Shown one piece after another: positions 54,501 to 64,000 of a stretch of 64,000 nucleotides of DNA. Below the pieces are notes generated by a model. That model did no database searches. It was not told where the DNA came from and worked only from the letters and a program-made list of their open reading frames with translations. The translations under genes were made by a program, and so were the position numbers. Origin of the DNA: Archangium sp. GTDB lineage: Bacteria > Myxococcota > Myxococcia > Myxococcales > Myxococcaceae. The stretch spans positions 1 to 64,000 of the forward strand of contig JANLPS010000176.1 in the NCBI GenBank assembly GCA_031367385.1, written 5' to 3'. Each line of letters starts with the position of its first letter. Within the stretch, counting starts at the first letter, position 1.

Positions 54501-57476
54501 ATCGAGCTTCGGGTCGACCGCGATGATCTGCACTTTGCGCTCGGAGTTGTGCTGCACGAAAGACATCGAGCCGTCGGCCTTGAACCCCAGCATGTACTTG
54601 CGCGGAGACGCGATGACCGTCGCCAACGAGGTGACGCTGCGGCCTCCACCGAGCTCGAAGCCCTCGGCGTAGAAGCTGATCTGCCATGTCGCGGGCGCCC
54701 AACTGCTCAAGTCGACGGCGTATTCACTGTTGCCCTCAGCGTCGGTGGTGCTCTCGCCCAGTGACTGCGACTCGCTGCGCCTGGCTTGCGCGGGGTCGAA
54801 GAATTGGTAGTCGGGGTACTTCGAAAACCGCGGCGAGTACGGGGTCAACGTCACGTTGGCCTCGACCCGATGATCAGCCGCCGGCGTACCGAACAAATTT
54901 CGCAGCTCGGCCACCGCCTTGAGCTTCGACCCGGTCAACCAGCCCTGCGCCGCACCCTCGAAGTGCGTCGAGAGCCGCATGCGGTCAGGCAAGAATTCCT
55001 CGACCCGAAAGGTCGCCGAGCCCAGCTGCAGCTCACCGCCACCAGCTTGCGGCACCGAGACATTGAACGTGTAGGTGCCAGTCGGAGCGCTCTCTTCAGG
55101 CTTGAAATCGAGACCGGTCATGCCGGCCACGTCGAGCTCGACGTTCTTGAGGGCGACCTGCAGGCCGCGGGGGTCGGTCACGTTGAGCAGCAACGGCGTG
55201 CCCTTGACGCTGCGCGACCAGTCGACCGCGCGAACGAGGGTGGTCAAATGAGCGGTCTCTCCAGGGCGATAGAGGCCGCGGTCTGAGAAGGCAAACGCGG
55301 TGAGCGCACCCGTGCGCCCGTGGGTGCGAACGCCACCGACCTCGAACCGTGAAAAATCAAGCGAGCGATCAGAGCGGTTGAGCGGCAAGAACGAGACATC
55401 ACCGTCACGGCGCACCACCAGTGCCACTGGCGTCTTCTCAGCCGTGAAGTCTTTGAGTGATGGCAAGGTCACCACGCCGTTCGCTTCGGTCGTGCGGTGC
55501 ATCAGAATCGAGCCGTTCTTGGCGAGCACTTCGACCTGAGCCGAGCCCACCGGCGCGCCGGTTCGAAACGACTGCACATAGACCCAGTGGTTCAACCCCA
55601 CGTCGATCTTCTCGACCACGCCGAGGTCGGTGAGCAGCACGAAGCGCTGATCAGACAACTGCCCCTGGTACCCGCCTTCGGAGCCGTCACCCTCGCCCCC
55701 GTTCTCGGCGTATTCGCGGTCAGGCGCTTCATTGCCCTCATTGCCTTCGCGATCGACGGCCTCGGCGTTCTCGCCCTGTTCAGCGGCCTCGGGCGGGCTC
55801 TCGTCTGACCGGGAGTACGAATTCATCACCGTGTTGGTGACCGGGTTCCACGCCTCGACGCGCACGAAGTACATGCCGCGCTGCTCGCCCCCTTTGTTTA
55901 GATATTGGCTGAAGTCGACGGCGGCATACTGGGCCACGCGGGGGTTCGACGCGTCGAGCGGGTGCACCTCGCTGAACACCTCCGAGATGTTCTCTTCGCT
56001 GAACGACCCGTTGCGCATCGACAGGTGGGCAAAGTCGCCAGACGCCTGGGTGATCAAGTGGTTCAGGTCTTTGGGTTGAATCTGAAACAAGTGCACCTTG
56101 AACGCGGGGATGCCGCGGGCGCTGACGGTGAGCTTCTTGTCGCCAGAGACGCTGAGCACCGACCCGTCGTGGGCGATCTTGATCTCTCGCGGGTACTCGG
56201 GCACCACGACCACTTCCTCGTAGGGCTTGAGCAAGGTGTACCCACCGAAGGCCTCGATGCCAGCCTCGACGCGCACGAAGAGCCGTGAGCCGGGCTTGAG
56301 GTCGATCTTGAAGCTCTGCACCTCACCGACCTCGTGCTCCCCGGGTATGGCGGTGAGCTTGAGCCGGGGCGACTTCTTCAAGATCTCCGGGCCGACCTCG
56401 GTTGCGCTCCAGCCGTAGTCTTTGATGACCGATTGATCACTCGTCGCGGGCTTGTCTTTCGGCAACACCCACACCTTCACCGCCGGAGCGAACACGTTCT
56501 CATTCACCGTCGAGGCGCAGGTGAAGATCAGCACCTGATCAGGGTCACCCTCGGCGCTGCGCGCGATGGTTGCTTGCACCCCGTTGACGTGAAACTTGCT
56601 CCCCTTGCCGGGGATGATCACGGTCGACGGGTGATCGACCTCGTCACCGCTCGACGAGCCCGCCGCCTTCGCACCCTTCGTGAGCAACAGCGTCGCGATG
56701 TGATCTTCAATCGGCATCGGCAGGTTCTCAGACCGCACGTAGGCCTCGAAGCGCAGGTCGTCGTAGCTGACGGTGTACTTGTGCGCCTCGTGCTGGGTCT
56801 TGTTGCTCGACGGCACCGAGTCGAGCTTGAGCCGCTTCTCGAATGACTCTGGGTCGACCGGGTAATTGAAGCGAAAGGTGCCGACGACCTGCTTCACCGA
56901 GGGGTCGACCGGGTCTTGGTAAAATTCGAAGCTCGCCACCGAGACGGCGAAGGGCTCGACCGTGAGCTCGAGCTCTTTCGTCGCCAGCACGGTGTTCGGC
57001 CGATTGACCAGCTGCTGCGCCATCGACACTTTGTACTTTTCGCCCACCGGCCACGGCGTCTTCGGGGTGAACCCGAGCGTGCGTTCGTTGAGCCACTTCC
57101 ACTCGCCATCGATGGCCGGTCGAATCGAGACGCCGATGGTGATGGCCTTGTTGATGTCAGCCAGCGGCGCGGCCGAACCGTCAAACTGAATGATCAACGT
57201 CTGCGGAGTCGGCACCGCCTCGTTCTTCAATCTGCGCCCAGGCGACGAGATGCCTCGAATCACGGCGCTGAGCCGCACCTCGTTCGGAGGTGGCGGCCGG
57301 GTCACCACGTACGCGTAGACGCCCGCGCCAGCCGCCGAGAGGGCAAAAACCCCCAAGAGCGCCCGCCGGTTCGCCCGAATCAGCGCCCACAGCCGCTGCG
57401 ACCACGCCGGTGCTTCCCACGAGAGACGGCCAAACAACGCGGCGAACAGCGAACCCAGACGGGTCTTCAGTGACAT
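51585..57476 (-). CDS. Bacterial alpha-2-macroglobulin (YfhM-like)
   Basis: DRGLYRPGE, FRVEEFLPDR, AVDEGILQ, FNGSLRVMA, thioester motif YPHLCSEQ, DLLPSGFE, REDR. Confidence 0.95.
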   Translation of the reverse strand: MSLKTRLGSLFAALFGRLSWEAPAWSQRLWALIRANRRALLGVFALSAAGAGVYAYVVTRPPPPNEVRLSAVIRGISSPGRRLKNEAVPTPQTLIIQFDGSAAPLADINKAITIGVSIRPAIDGEWKWLNERTLGFTPKTPWPVGEKYKVSMAQQLVNRPNTVLATKELELTVEPFAVSVASFEFYQDPVDPSVKQVVGTFRFNYPVDPESFEKRLKLDSVPSSNKTQHEAHKYTVSYDDLRFEAYVRSENLPMPIEDHIATLLLTKGAKAAGSSSGDEVDHPSTVIIPGKGSKFHVNGVQATIARSAEGDPDQVLIFTCASTVNENVFAPAVKVWVLPKDKPATSDQSVIKDYGWSATEVGPEILKKSPRLKLTAIPGEHEVGEVQSFKIDLKPGSRLFVRVEAGIEAFGGYTLLKPYEEVVVVPEYPREIKIAHDGSVLSVSGDKKLTVSARGIPAFKVHLFQIQPKDLNHLITQASGDFAHLSMRNGSFSEENISEVFSEVHPLDASNPRVAQYAAVDFSQYLNKGGEQRGMYFVRVEAWNPVTNTVMNSYSRSDESPPEAAEQGENAEAVDREGNEGNEAPDREYAENGGEGDGSEGGYQGQLSDQRFVLLTDLGVVEKIDVGLNHWVYVQSFRTGAPVGSAQVEVLAKNGSILMHRTTEANGVVTLPSLKDFTAEKTPVALVVRRDGDVSFLPLNRSDRSLDFSRFEVGGVRTHGRTGALTAFAFSDRGLYRPGETAHLTTLVRAVDWSRSVKGTPLLLNVTDPRGLQVALKNVELDVAGMTGLDFKPEESAPTGTYTFNVSVPQAGGGELQLGSATFRVEEFLPDRMRLSTHFEGAAQGWLTGSKLKAVAELRNLFGTPAADHRVEANVTLTPYSPRFSKYPDYQFFDPAQARRSESQSLGESTTDAEGNSEYAVDLSSWAPATWQISFYAEGFELGGGRSVTSLATVIASPRKYMLGFKADGSMSFVQHNSERKVQIIAVDPKLDQLKVEKLKLVLVEQRYVSVLTRESNGSYRYQSVLKDVTRKSDSFVVSEAGTTMKVPSADVGTFYWSVRDIEDVELLRVGFTIAGEANVAKELEKNAELKVSLDKAEYEPGETMTVQITAPYAGAGVITVERDKVFVHKPFKTTTSSTVQTIEVPAGLEVNGYVNVSFVRAIDSPELYVSPLSYGVVPFKVLKKSQHLQLTVTAPELTRPGRPMTIKYKTDRPSKLVLFAVDEGILQVARYQTPDPLGFFLEKRALEVTTRQIVDLLLPEFRLVHGGKEGGDSDGALARNLNPFKRKTDAPAVFWSGIVDAGPDEKSVSFVVPESFNGSLRVMAVAASAEALAATSSSTTVRGPFVISPNTPTFVSPGDTFVVTAAIANNVEGSGDKTSVTVTMKPSSAFALAAGVQATQTLIIAERREGVVSFDVKATEALGDGELQFQVSGAKQEVTRTAHVSVRPSSAYLVSSATGTVKGSTAEFATKRTMYDQFATRRLTVSLLPMGLSAGLLEYLGSYPHLCSEQLTSRAVPGLVLMKRPEWGLNPVAAKASFDMAFNVLRARQNDQGQFGYWAANSFVYPTLDVFITLMLTEAKERGVASPNDVRLKAIGNLKQDQLPVDDMARARLRAQTLYVLARNAVVSPAPTAQLAEFLGRQQGLALNDVAFAYLAATYQLTNNPQRAQELIKKFSLSDDVVPETNGAFDNTVYQAQVLYLISKHFPERLEAVGPKALSNLGRTMTSSGLHSLGASWSLYALDAYSTAMQDKVAGLKGVRVEVKDAAGAFKEQEVNGSLTAKVAFTSAATGFKVTAPEGVLLFFSVVESGFDKAVPTTSINEGVEVMHTFEDAAGKTITTVGLGDEITVRLRVRTLDKYSQVPNVALVDLLPSGFEVVQNRGTDLQGLARLTSGGSTWQPDSLDIREDRVNFYGTVTNAVQEIKYKIKAVAKGTFVVPPAQAVGMYRPDIRGRSTGGSLVVQ

Positions 57477-57652
57477 TGCAGGTGAGTTTGCAAGCCATGC
57501 ACCGCGCTGTCACTGAGGGAATTGGAGGATCAACGCGGCGTTTGAGCCATGCCGACGCGGGCCTGCAGCCGCGCCCCGACGACAAATCAGTGACACTTTT
57601 CACCGGGGTGCGATTCTCCCGCGCGCTTCAAACGAACGAACCGAGGTCGCAC

Positions 57653-59179
57653 ATGCCGTCGTCACCCCCCGCACAAATCGTCATCTTCGGAGCCGGCGGC
57701 GATCTCGCCTTGCGCAAGCTGATGCCCGCTCTGGCCAGCCTGGCCGCGAAGGGCCAACCGCCGGGTGGGTTTCACGTCATCGGCGTCGCCCGAACCAAGA
57801 AAGACGACGCGACCTACCGCGCTGAAATCAAGGCGGCCCTCGACCCTGAAGCCCTCAAGGCCTGGAGCGAGCTCGAGCCCCGCGTCACCTACCTGCCAGG
57901 CGACGTCTCGAAGCCCGAAGACGTCAAGGCGCTCGCCGCCAAGCTCGACAGCCTGCCCGGCGGCAAGAACGCGGGCCGTCTCTACTACCTCTCGCTCAAG
58001 CCCGATTTGTTCATGCAAGCGGTGACCGAGCTGTCGAAGGCCGGGCTGTTGACCGTCAAAGAAGGCGAGACGACGGCCTGGCGCCGGGTGGTGGTCGAGA
58101 AGCCCTTCGGTCACGACTTGAAGAGCGCGATCGAGCTCAACAACCACCTGCACACGCACCTCAAAGAATTTCAGGTCTACCGAATTGATCACTACCTCGG
58201 CAAAGAGACCGTGCAGAACATCATGGGGCTGCGGTTTCACAACGCGATCTTCGAACCGCTGTGGAACCGGGATCACGTCGAGATGATTCAGATCACCGTC
58301 GCCGAAGAGCTCGGCATGGAGCGGGGCCGCGCGGCCTATTACGACGAGACCGGCGCGCTCTCTGACATGCTGCAGAATCACATGCTGCAGGTGCTCTCGC
58401 TGGTGACGATGGAGCCCCCGGCCTCGCTCGAACCGCAGGCGGTGCGCGCGCAGAAGGTGGCGGTGCTCGATGCGCTGCGGCCTCCGGCGGCTGAAGACAT
58501 GCCCAGAGACGCGGTTCGCGCGCGGTACACCAAAGGCAAGATCAGCGACAAAGCAGTGCCCGGGTACTTGGAAGAAGAAGGCGTGCCCAAAGACTCGCAG
58601 ACCGAGACCTTCGTGGCGGTGCGGTGTGAAATCGACACCTGGCGCTGGGCCGGAGTGCCAATCGTGCTGCGTCACGGCAAGCGCCTGCCGAAGCGATTCA
58701 CCGAGGTGCAGGTGCAGTTTCGAACGCCGCCGGTGCAGCTGTTCAACAAGCCCGACGGCATCAGCGACGACGAGTTTCGCCGCAAGCTTCGCAACGGAGA
58801 CCTCTGCCAGGTCAGACCCAACGTGCTCACCTTGTCGATTCAGCCCAAAGAAAGCATTCGCCTCAGCTTCGGCGTCAAGCGGCCTGGGCCCTCGATGGTG
58901 ATGGCTCCGGCGGTGCTGAGCTTCGATTACCAAGAGGCCTTCAACACCCACACCGCGCCCGCGTATGAGCGGCTGTTGCTCGACGCGTTGGTCGGCGAGC
59001 CCACCTTGTTCTTGCGCGGCGACGAAATCGAAGCCAGCTGGCGCTTCGCCGACGCGCTCCACGCAGCGTGGAAGGAAAACCCCAAGAACGCGATGCAAGA
59101 ATACGAAGCCGGCACCTGGGGCCCCGACAGCGCCAACGAGTTGTTTCATGGCTGTGAAGGCGGTTGGTCGCGTGGCTGA
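57653..59179 (+). CDS. zwf: Glucose-6-phosphate 1-dehydrogenase
   Basis: IFGAGGDL..RKL.P, EKPFG, YRIDHYLGKE, DMLQNH, YERLL.D. Confidence 0.97.
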   Translation: MPSSPPAQIVIFGAGGDLALRKLMPALASLAAKGQPPGGFHVIGVARTKKDDATYRAEIKAALDPEALKAWSELEPRVTYLPGDVSKPEDVKALAAKLDSLPGGKNAGRLYYLSLKPDLFMQAVTELSKAGLLTVKEGETTAWRRVVVEKPFGHDLKSAIELNNHLHTHLKEFQVYRIDHYLGKETVQNIMGLRFHNAIFEPLWNRDHVEMIQITVAEELGMERGRAAYYDETGALSDMLQNHMLQVLSLVTMEPPASLEPQAVRAQKVAVLDALRPPAAEDMPRDAVRARYTKGKISDKAVPGYLEEEGVPKDSQTETFVAVRCEIDTWRWAGVPIVLRHGKRLPKRFTEVQVQFRTPPVQLFNKPDGISDDEFRRKLRNGDLCQVRPNVLTLSIQPKESIRLSFGVKRPGPSMVMAPAVLSFDYQEAFNTHTAPAYERLLLDALVGEPTLFLRGDEIEASWRFADALHAAWKENPKNAMQEYEAGTWGPDSANELFHGCEGGWSRG

Positions 59180-59846
59180 AGTCAGCGTGATCAGCTCGTC
59201 GACACCGGTCGATGCGGTGGCGGCGTTGTTGAGCGAGGCGCTTCGCGGCTCTGCCCACAAGCGCTTCGGCATCGCGGGCGGCTCGGCGCTGAAGGCCGTG
59301 CAAGCCGTGCACACGATGCTCGGCCCCGTGCAGTGGGGTCAGGTCAGCTTGACCTGGGTCGATGAGCGAATCGTCGATGAGGCCAGCGATGACTCCAATC
59401 GCGGTGCTTTGACGAGGGCCGGAGCGATGAACCCAAGGCTCGAGCTGCCGTTGGTGCTCGATGGCGAGACCGGTGAACAGGCCGTGAAGCGTGTCACCGC
59501 GGCGTTCACACGAGATTTTCAAGGCGGCCTCGACGTCGCGCTGCTCGGCATGGGCGAAGACGGCCACGTGGCGTCGCTCTTTCCCGGGCATCGGCTGCTC
59601 GATGAGACCAGCGCTTCATTCGCCTGGCTCGACGATTCACCGAAGCCGCCAAAGGGCCGTGTGACGATGACGAGAACGATTCTCGCCAAGCCGACGCTCA
59701 AGCGGTTCGTGCTGGCGACGGGCGACTCGAAGCGAGTCGCATTGCAGCACCTGCTTGATGGCGACTCGAGCTTGCCGATGGCGATGCTCGGGCCGATCAC
59801 CGTGGTCACTGATCAACACTTTTCGAACGCAAAGGGCGGCGGATGA
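59172..59846 (+). CDS. pgl: 6-phosphogluconolactonase
   Basis: AGGS, VDER, SN, LLGMGEDGHVASLFP, SPKPP..RVT. Confidence 0.92.
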   Translation: MAEVSVISSSTPVDAVAALLSEALRGSAHKRFGIAGGSALKAVQAVHTMLGPVQWGQVSLTWVDERIVDEASDDSNRGALTRAGAMNPRLELPLVLDGETGEQAVKRVTAAFTRDFQGGLDVALLGMGEDGHVASLFPGHRLLDETSASFAWLDDSPKPPKGRVTMTRTILAKPTLKRFVLATGDSKRVALQHLLDGDSSLPMAMLGPITVVTDQHFSNAKGGG

Positions 59847-61255
59847 CTTCACGATTGAACGACGTGGCGGTGATTGGGTTGGGCGTGATGGGCGCCAACG
59901 TCGCGCGAAATTTCGCCAGCCGCGGGCTCAAGGTCGGCGGCTACACGCTCAACTTCTCAGACGCGCAGAAGCTCGCCGCGGAGCACCCTGAAGCAAACCT
60001 CGATGTCGTAGCCACGCTGCCCGAGCTCGTGCAGCGCCTCGAGCGGCCGCGACGCTTCATCGTGCTCGTCAACGCCGGCAAGCCGGTCGACTCGGTCATC
60101 GACGCGCTCGACCCCCTGCTCGAAGCCGGAGACATCATCGTCGACGCCGGCAACAGCCTCTACACCGACACCGATCGACGGTCGGCGCGCGCCGCCACCC
60201 GGCCGTGGACGTTCGTGGGCATGGGCGTCTCTGGTGGCTCAGAAGGGGCACTGCTCGGGCCGTCGATCATGCCCGGTGGCACTCCCGCATCATGGGAGCG
60301 CCTCAAGCCCGTGCTCGAAGCCATCGCCGCGCGCTCAGCCGCCGGCGTGTGCGTCACCTACTGCGGCAAAGGCTCGGCCGGGCACTTCGTGAAGATGGTG
60401 CACAACGGCATCGAGTACGGAGACATGCAGTTGATCAGCGAGACCGCGATGCTGCTTCGCGAGGGCCTGGGCTTGTCTGCCGAGGCAACCGCCGAGACCT
60501 TCACCGCGTGGAACAAGGGCGACCTCGCCTCGTACCTGATTGAAATTACCGCCGATATTTTTCGCCAGAAAGACCCGAAGGGCGGTCTGCTGGTCGACGC
60601 GATTCTCGACAAGGCCGGCCAGAAGGGCACCGGCAAGTGGACGGTCGTGGCTGCAACCGAGCTCGGCATCCCGATCCCCACCATTGCGGCGGCGGTCGAT
60701 GCGCGGTTGCTCTCGTCGACGAAAGACACCCGGGTGAGGGCAGAAAAACTGTTCGCTCCGGCGCGAAACAAGCTCGAAGGCGTCACCGCGAATGATCTCG
60801 CCGACGCGTTGTATGCGTCGAAAATCGCCAGCTACACCCAGGGGTTCGCGATGTTGAAAGCGGCGAGCGAGGCCTTTGGCTATGGCACCAACCTCGCCGA
60901 GGTCTCCCGCATTTGGACAGCGGGGTGCATCATTCGCGCGGCGTTTCTCGACCGGGTGCAGGCCGCGTTCAAGAAAGAGCCTGAGCTGTTGGCGATGGCG
61001 CCCGAGTTCGTGGCTGACCTGGCGAAGCGCCTGCCCGCGTGGAGGCGCGTGGTGGCGGCGGCGGCGAAGGCAGGCCTCGCGGCGCCCGGCTTGTCGGTCT
61101 CGCTGAGCTGGTTCGACACCTTGACCACCGCGCGTGGCTCGGCCTCGCTGATTCAGGCCCAGCGCGACTTCTTCGGCAGCCACACCTACGAGCGAATCGA
61201 CAACCCTGGCACCTTCGTTCACAGCGAGTGGCAGCACTCGGCGATGAAGAAGTGA
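59843..61255 (+). CDS. gndA: NADP-dependent 6-phosphogluconate dehydrogenase
   Basis: IGLGVMG, GVSGG.EGA..GPS.MPGG, KMVHNGIEY, QKGTGKW, QAQRDFFGSH. Confidence 0.97.
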   Translation: MTSRLNDVAVIGLGVMGANVARNFASRGLKVGGYTLNFSDAQKLAAEHPEANLDVVATLPELVQRLERPRRFIVLVNAGKPVDSVIDALDPLLEAGDIIVDAGNSLYTDTDRRSARAATRPWTFVGMGVSGGSEGALLGPSIMPGGTPASWERLKPVLEAIAARSAAGVCVTYCGKGSAGHFVKMVHNGIEYGDMQLISETAMLLREGLGLSAEATAETFTAWNKGDLASYLIEITADIFRQKDPKGGLLVDAILDKAGQKGTGKWTVVAATELGIPIPTIAAAVDARLLSSTKDTRVRAEKLFAPARNKLEGVTANDLADALYASKIASYTQGFAMLKAASEAFGYGTNLAEVSRIWTAGCIIRAAFLDRVQAAFKKEPELLAMAPEFVADLAKRLPAWRRVVAAAAKAGLAAPGLSVSLSWFDTLTTARGSASLIQAQRDFFGSHTYERIDNPGTFVHSEWQHSAMKK

Positions 61256-62025
61256 TGCCCATCGCTGTCACTCACATCGGCACAGCCACGATGCTGCTCG
61301 AGGTCGCCGGCCTGCGTTTGCTCACCGACCCGGTCTTCGATGCGCCGGGTCGCACCTATGGGTTCGGCTTCGGCACCCGCTCTCGCCACCTCGAAACACC
61401 GGCCCTCGGCGTCGACGCGCTTGGAAAAATCGACGCGGTGCTGCTCTCGCATGATCAACACGCCGACAACTTCGACGACGCGGGCCGCGCGATGCTGCCG
61501 AGCGTGCCGGTGGTCATCACCACCAGGGCCGCCTCGAAACGCCTCGGCCACCCGGGAGCGGTCGGCCTGGTCGACTTCGAATCGCACACCTTCAATGGGC
61601 TCAAGGTCACCGCCACGCCGGCCAGACACGGGCCTCCTGGCTCGCTGCCGATCGCCGGGCACGTGATTGGGTTCATGCTCGAGCACCCATCGCTCACCGC
61701 GCCGATCTACATCTCAGGTGACACCGTCTGGTTCGACGGCATCGCCGAGGTCGCGCGCCGTTTTCAACCCGGCATTTCGTTTCTGCATCTGGGTGGCGTG
61801 AAGTTCCCCATCTCGGGGCCGCTCACCTACACCTTCACGGCTGCGCAGGCGGTGACTGCAGCGAAGGCGCTGGGCAGTAAGCGAGTGATTCCGCTCCACT
61901 ACGAAGGGTGGACGCACTTTCGAGAGCCGCGCGTGCAGGCTGATCAGGTTCTGCGTGACGCCCTGGGAGACCGCTTGCAATGGCTCGAGCGCGGCGTGCG
62001 CACCGAGCTCGTTCAGGGCCCGTAG
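61255..62025 (+). CDS. MBL-fold metallo-hydrolase
   Basis: LLTDP, SHDQHADN, PARHG, SGDT, IPLHYEGW.HF; TGATG overlap with gnd. Confidence 0.9.
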   Translation: MPIAVTHIGTATMLLEVAGLRLLTDPVFDAPGRTYGFGFGTRSRHLETPALGVDALGKIDAVLLSHDQHADNFDDAGRAMLPSVPVVITTRAASKRLGHPGAVGLVDFESHTFNGLKVTATPARHGPPGSLPIAGHVIGFMLEHPSLTAPIYISGDTVWFDGIAEVARRFQPGISFLHLGGVKFPISGPLTYTFTAAQAVTAAKALGSKRVIPLHYEGWTHFREPRVQADQVLRDALGDRLQWLERGVRTELVQGP

Positions 62026-63152
62026 ACGAAGCGCTGCAGGGTCTCGCCTTCGTACGGCATCATCGTCGACACCCGACGCGCGGTGCCGCTACCGGGCGTG
62101 CCGTCGGCGCAGCGGGTGTGCAGCGCCTGACCACTGAAGTACAGCTCGAGCGTGACGCCGCCGGGCACCAGCGCGCCCCGACCTTGCAACGTGTTGCTCG
62201 CCAATGGCATGTCGACGTCGAAGCAGGCTCCGCGGGGCTGCACGTTGCTGAACTTCACGCCCACGTTCGAGCCGTACGAGAGCGTCGTCTTCCCCAGGTG
62301 ATCGCAATACCCGACCTCCCCATTGTTCGTCACGTAGCCGCCGTCGGTGAGGTTTCGAATGAAGGCGCCGTAGCGCACGAAGTCGTAGGTCGCTCCGCCG
62401 TCAGGCTTGAAGTGAAACGTGTAGTTCTTGCTGTTGAAGCACTGAATGATCTCGGTGCCCGAGGTGTACAGGTTCTGATCAATGCCGTTCGGGTACGCGG
62501 GCACGTCGGCGCCTCGCATCGCCAGCTCTTGATTGTCGAGGTACGTGCCGAGCGAAGTCAGTGACGCGACCAGCAGGCACGCGCCACCATCGGGGCTCTT
62601 GAGCAGCTCGCCGGTGCAGTCGAACCCGCATTGAGCGCCGTTGCACACGGGGGTGCCTCCAGTCGGGGCGCTGCAGGTGATGCAGCCGTTGCCGCACATC
62701 AGCTGGCCCGCGGGGCAGGTCGAGACCGCGATGGTGAGCGTCGTGGTGGTGCTGCCAGAAGCATTGGCCGCGGTGATGGTGAAGGTCGTGCTCGCAAAGC
62801 CGCTGGTCGCGATGCCTGAGATTTCTCCGGTGCTTGGGTCGAGCGTCAGGCCAGGCGGCAGCGCGGGAGTAACGGTGAAGGTCGCCGCGCCCCCAGCGTT
62901 CGCCGGAGGGGGTATGCGGCAGAATGTATTGACGTTGCAGCTCAACGCGCTCGAGGCATACGCGACCTGACTCGGCGCTTGGGTCGAGCCCGTGTCGCCG
63001 CCATTCGAAGGGCCCGCATCGGCGACGCCAGCGCCCGCGTCGAAGGTCACCGCGCCTGCGTCAACCGGCGTCGACACCCTGCCATCGCCCGCCGGCGTCG
63101 GAGGCGAACCACAGGACAGCGCCAGCACCACTGCGCAGAGTCTCTTGGTCAT
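62013..63152 (-). CDS. Lipoprotein with a putative Ig (He_PIG) domain and a Cys-rich module
   Basis: Lipobox ALSC; LPPGLTLDPSTGEISG...FTITAANASG; CPAGQLMCGNGC. Confidence 0.82.
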   Translation of the reverse strand: MTKRLCAVVLALSCGSPPTPAGDGRVSTPVDAGAVTFDAGAGVADAGPSNGGDTGSTQAPSQVAYASSALSCNVNTFCRIPPPANAGGAATFTVTPALPPGLTLDPSTGEISGIATSGFASTTFTITAANASGSTTTTLTIAVSTCPAGQLMCGNGCITCSAPTGGTPVCNGAQCGFDCTGELLKSPDGGACLLVASLTSLGTYLDNQELAMRGADVPAYPNGIDQNLYTSGTEIIQCFNSKNYTFHFKPDGGATYDFVRYGAFIRNLTDGGYVTNNGEVGYCDHLGKTTLSYGSNVGVKFSNVQPRGACFDVDMPLASNTLQGRGALVPGGVTLELYFSGQALHTRCADGTPGSGTARRVSTMMPYEGETLQRFVYGP

Positions 63153-63320
63153 GGGGCGCTGATAGGCGAAGTACCCAAGGCCTTCAATCGCCGGGCCCGG
63201 GTTTGATCTCGAGGCCGACACAGGCGATGCTAGAACCTCGATGTCTGTTGCGCTCGCCCAGCCCCCCGCGTGTCGTGCTTCTGCTGTGCTCACCATCGCG
63301 TCACTCTGGAGCTTGTGGCC

Positions 63321-64000
63321 ATGCCGGTAGCTACTGGCGTTACAGCCCTCGCGCGCGGAGCCACCGCGCAAACCTTTGAAACCACTGCCCGGTCACGGCG
63401 TGATGCGACCGGGCAACTGGTCGCCGCCACTGAAGAGGTGGTCGAGGGCAAGATCGCCGAGTCGCTGATCAACGGCGGCGCGGCGGCCTCGACGGGCACC
63501 GGGTGGGTTCGCGGCGCGGTCGACGCGGCCGACAGCGTGCGAAAAGCCAGCAGCAATGGCTCGTTGCAAAGCCACCTCCCAGCGCTCTACCAGCTGCACG
63601 TGGTCGAAGGCACGGTGGGCGCGCTCGTGGCGGTCGCGCGCATGCCGGAGCGCTTTTCAGAGGCGTCGAGCGAGATCGCCCAGGCGATGAAAACGAAGTC
63701 TCGGCAAGACCAGCTGCGCGCGGTCGGCAGCTCGGCGCACTTCGCCGCCACCGTCGTCGGCGCATCGATGGGCCTCTCGAATGCAGTGTGGGCGTTCAAC
63801 GACGTCATCAACCCGTACCTCGAGGTCAAGCGAGTGGTCGCCGCGGCCAGCCCGGGGTTGAGCTCGGGTGCGGTTCACACCGCGGCCCGCAACGCGATCA
63901 AGGCCGCGAAAGCCGCCAAGGCTGGCGTCGAGTCGGCGGCGCCCTTCATCGAAGAAGCCACCGCCGCGCTCAGCGCCGCCACTCGCTCGCCTTGGGGCAT
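63321..64000 (+). CDS. Ala-rich helical hypothetical protein, partial
   Basis: GGAG RBS, ATG at 63321, frame open to the window end (MPVATGVTALARG...); not in the ORF track. Confidence 0.7.
   Translation, partial: MPVATGVTALARGATAQTFETTARSRRDATGQLVAATEEVVEGKIAESLINGGAAASTGTGWVRGAVDAADSVRKASSNGSLQSHLPALYQLHVVEGTVGALVAVARMPERFSEASSEIAQAMKTKSRQDQLRAVGSSAHFAATVVGASMGLSNAVWAFNDVINPYLEVKRVVAAASPGLSSGAVHTAARNAIKAAKAAKAGVESAAPFIEEATAALSAATRSPWG

Noticed and set aside
57489..57503. sigma54 promoter for the alpha-2-macroglobulin gene (GGTGCATGGCTTGCA)
   Set aside because: Spacing fits, but the -24 element is poor and there is no independent support

Overview
GC-rich (about two-thirds G+C by eye) bacterial chromosome segment, most likely a myxobacterium (Myxococcota). 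Support: a MYXO-CTERM tail, an AgmX/PglI (GltG/GltJ-type) C-terminal domain, many Cys/Gly-rich lipoproteins and a myxobacterial-type LexA box. About 48 CDS and one class A RNase P RNA (rnpB). Housekeeping blocks: MlaE/F/D plus PqiC-type ABC system, Lhr helicase, alpha-2-macroglobulin with pbpC, zwf-pgl-gnd, two PAS kinases, two response regulators, FUSC, AKR, FGE and GNAT. The first ~20 kb is an accessory surface-protein region. It holds two tandem Gly-rich lipoprotein paralogs with duplicated sigma54-type promoters, decayed tRNA 3'-end scars, gene fragments, and three pairs of degenerate direct repeats that bracket accessory genes, with no integrase in view. Best candidates for new biology: (1) an ECF sigma factor coupled to a zinc anti-sigma domain fused to a GltG-like FHA-TM-TonB-C protein, downstream of a LexA-boxed lhr; (2) the repeat-bracketed cassette pattern; (3) the sigma54 promoter plus RBS-occluding hairpin module; (4) a pervasive D-[A/G/S]-G motif in exported proteins. 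Family calls come from motif recognition only; no searches were run.
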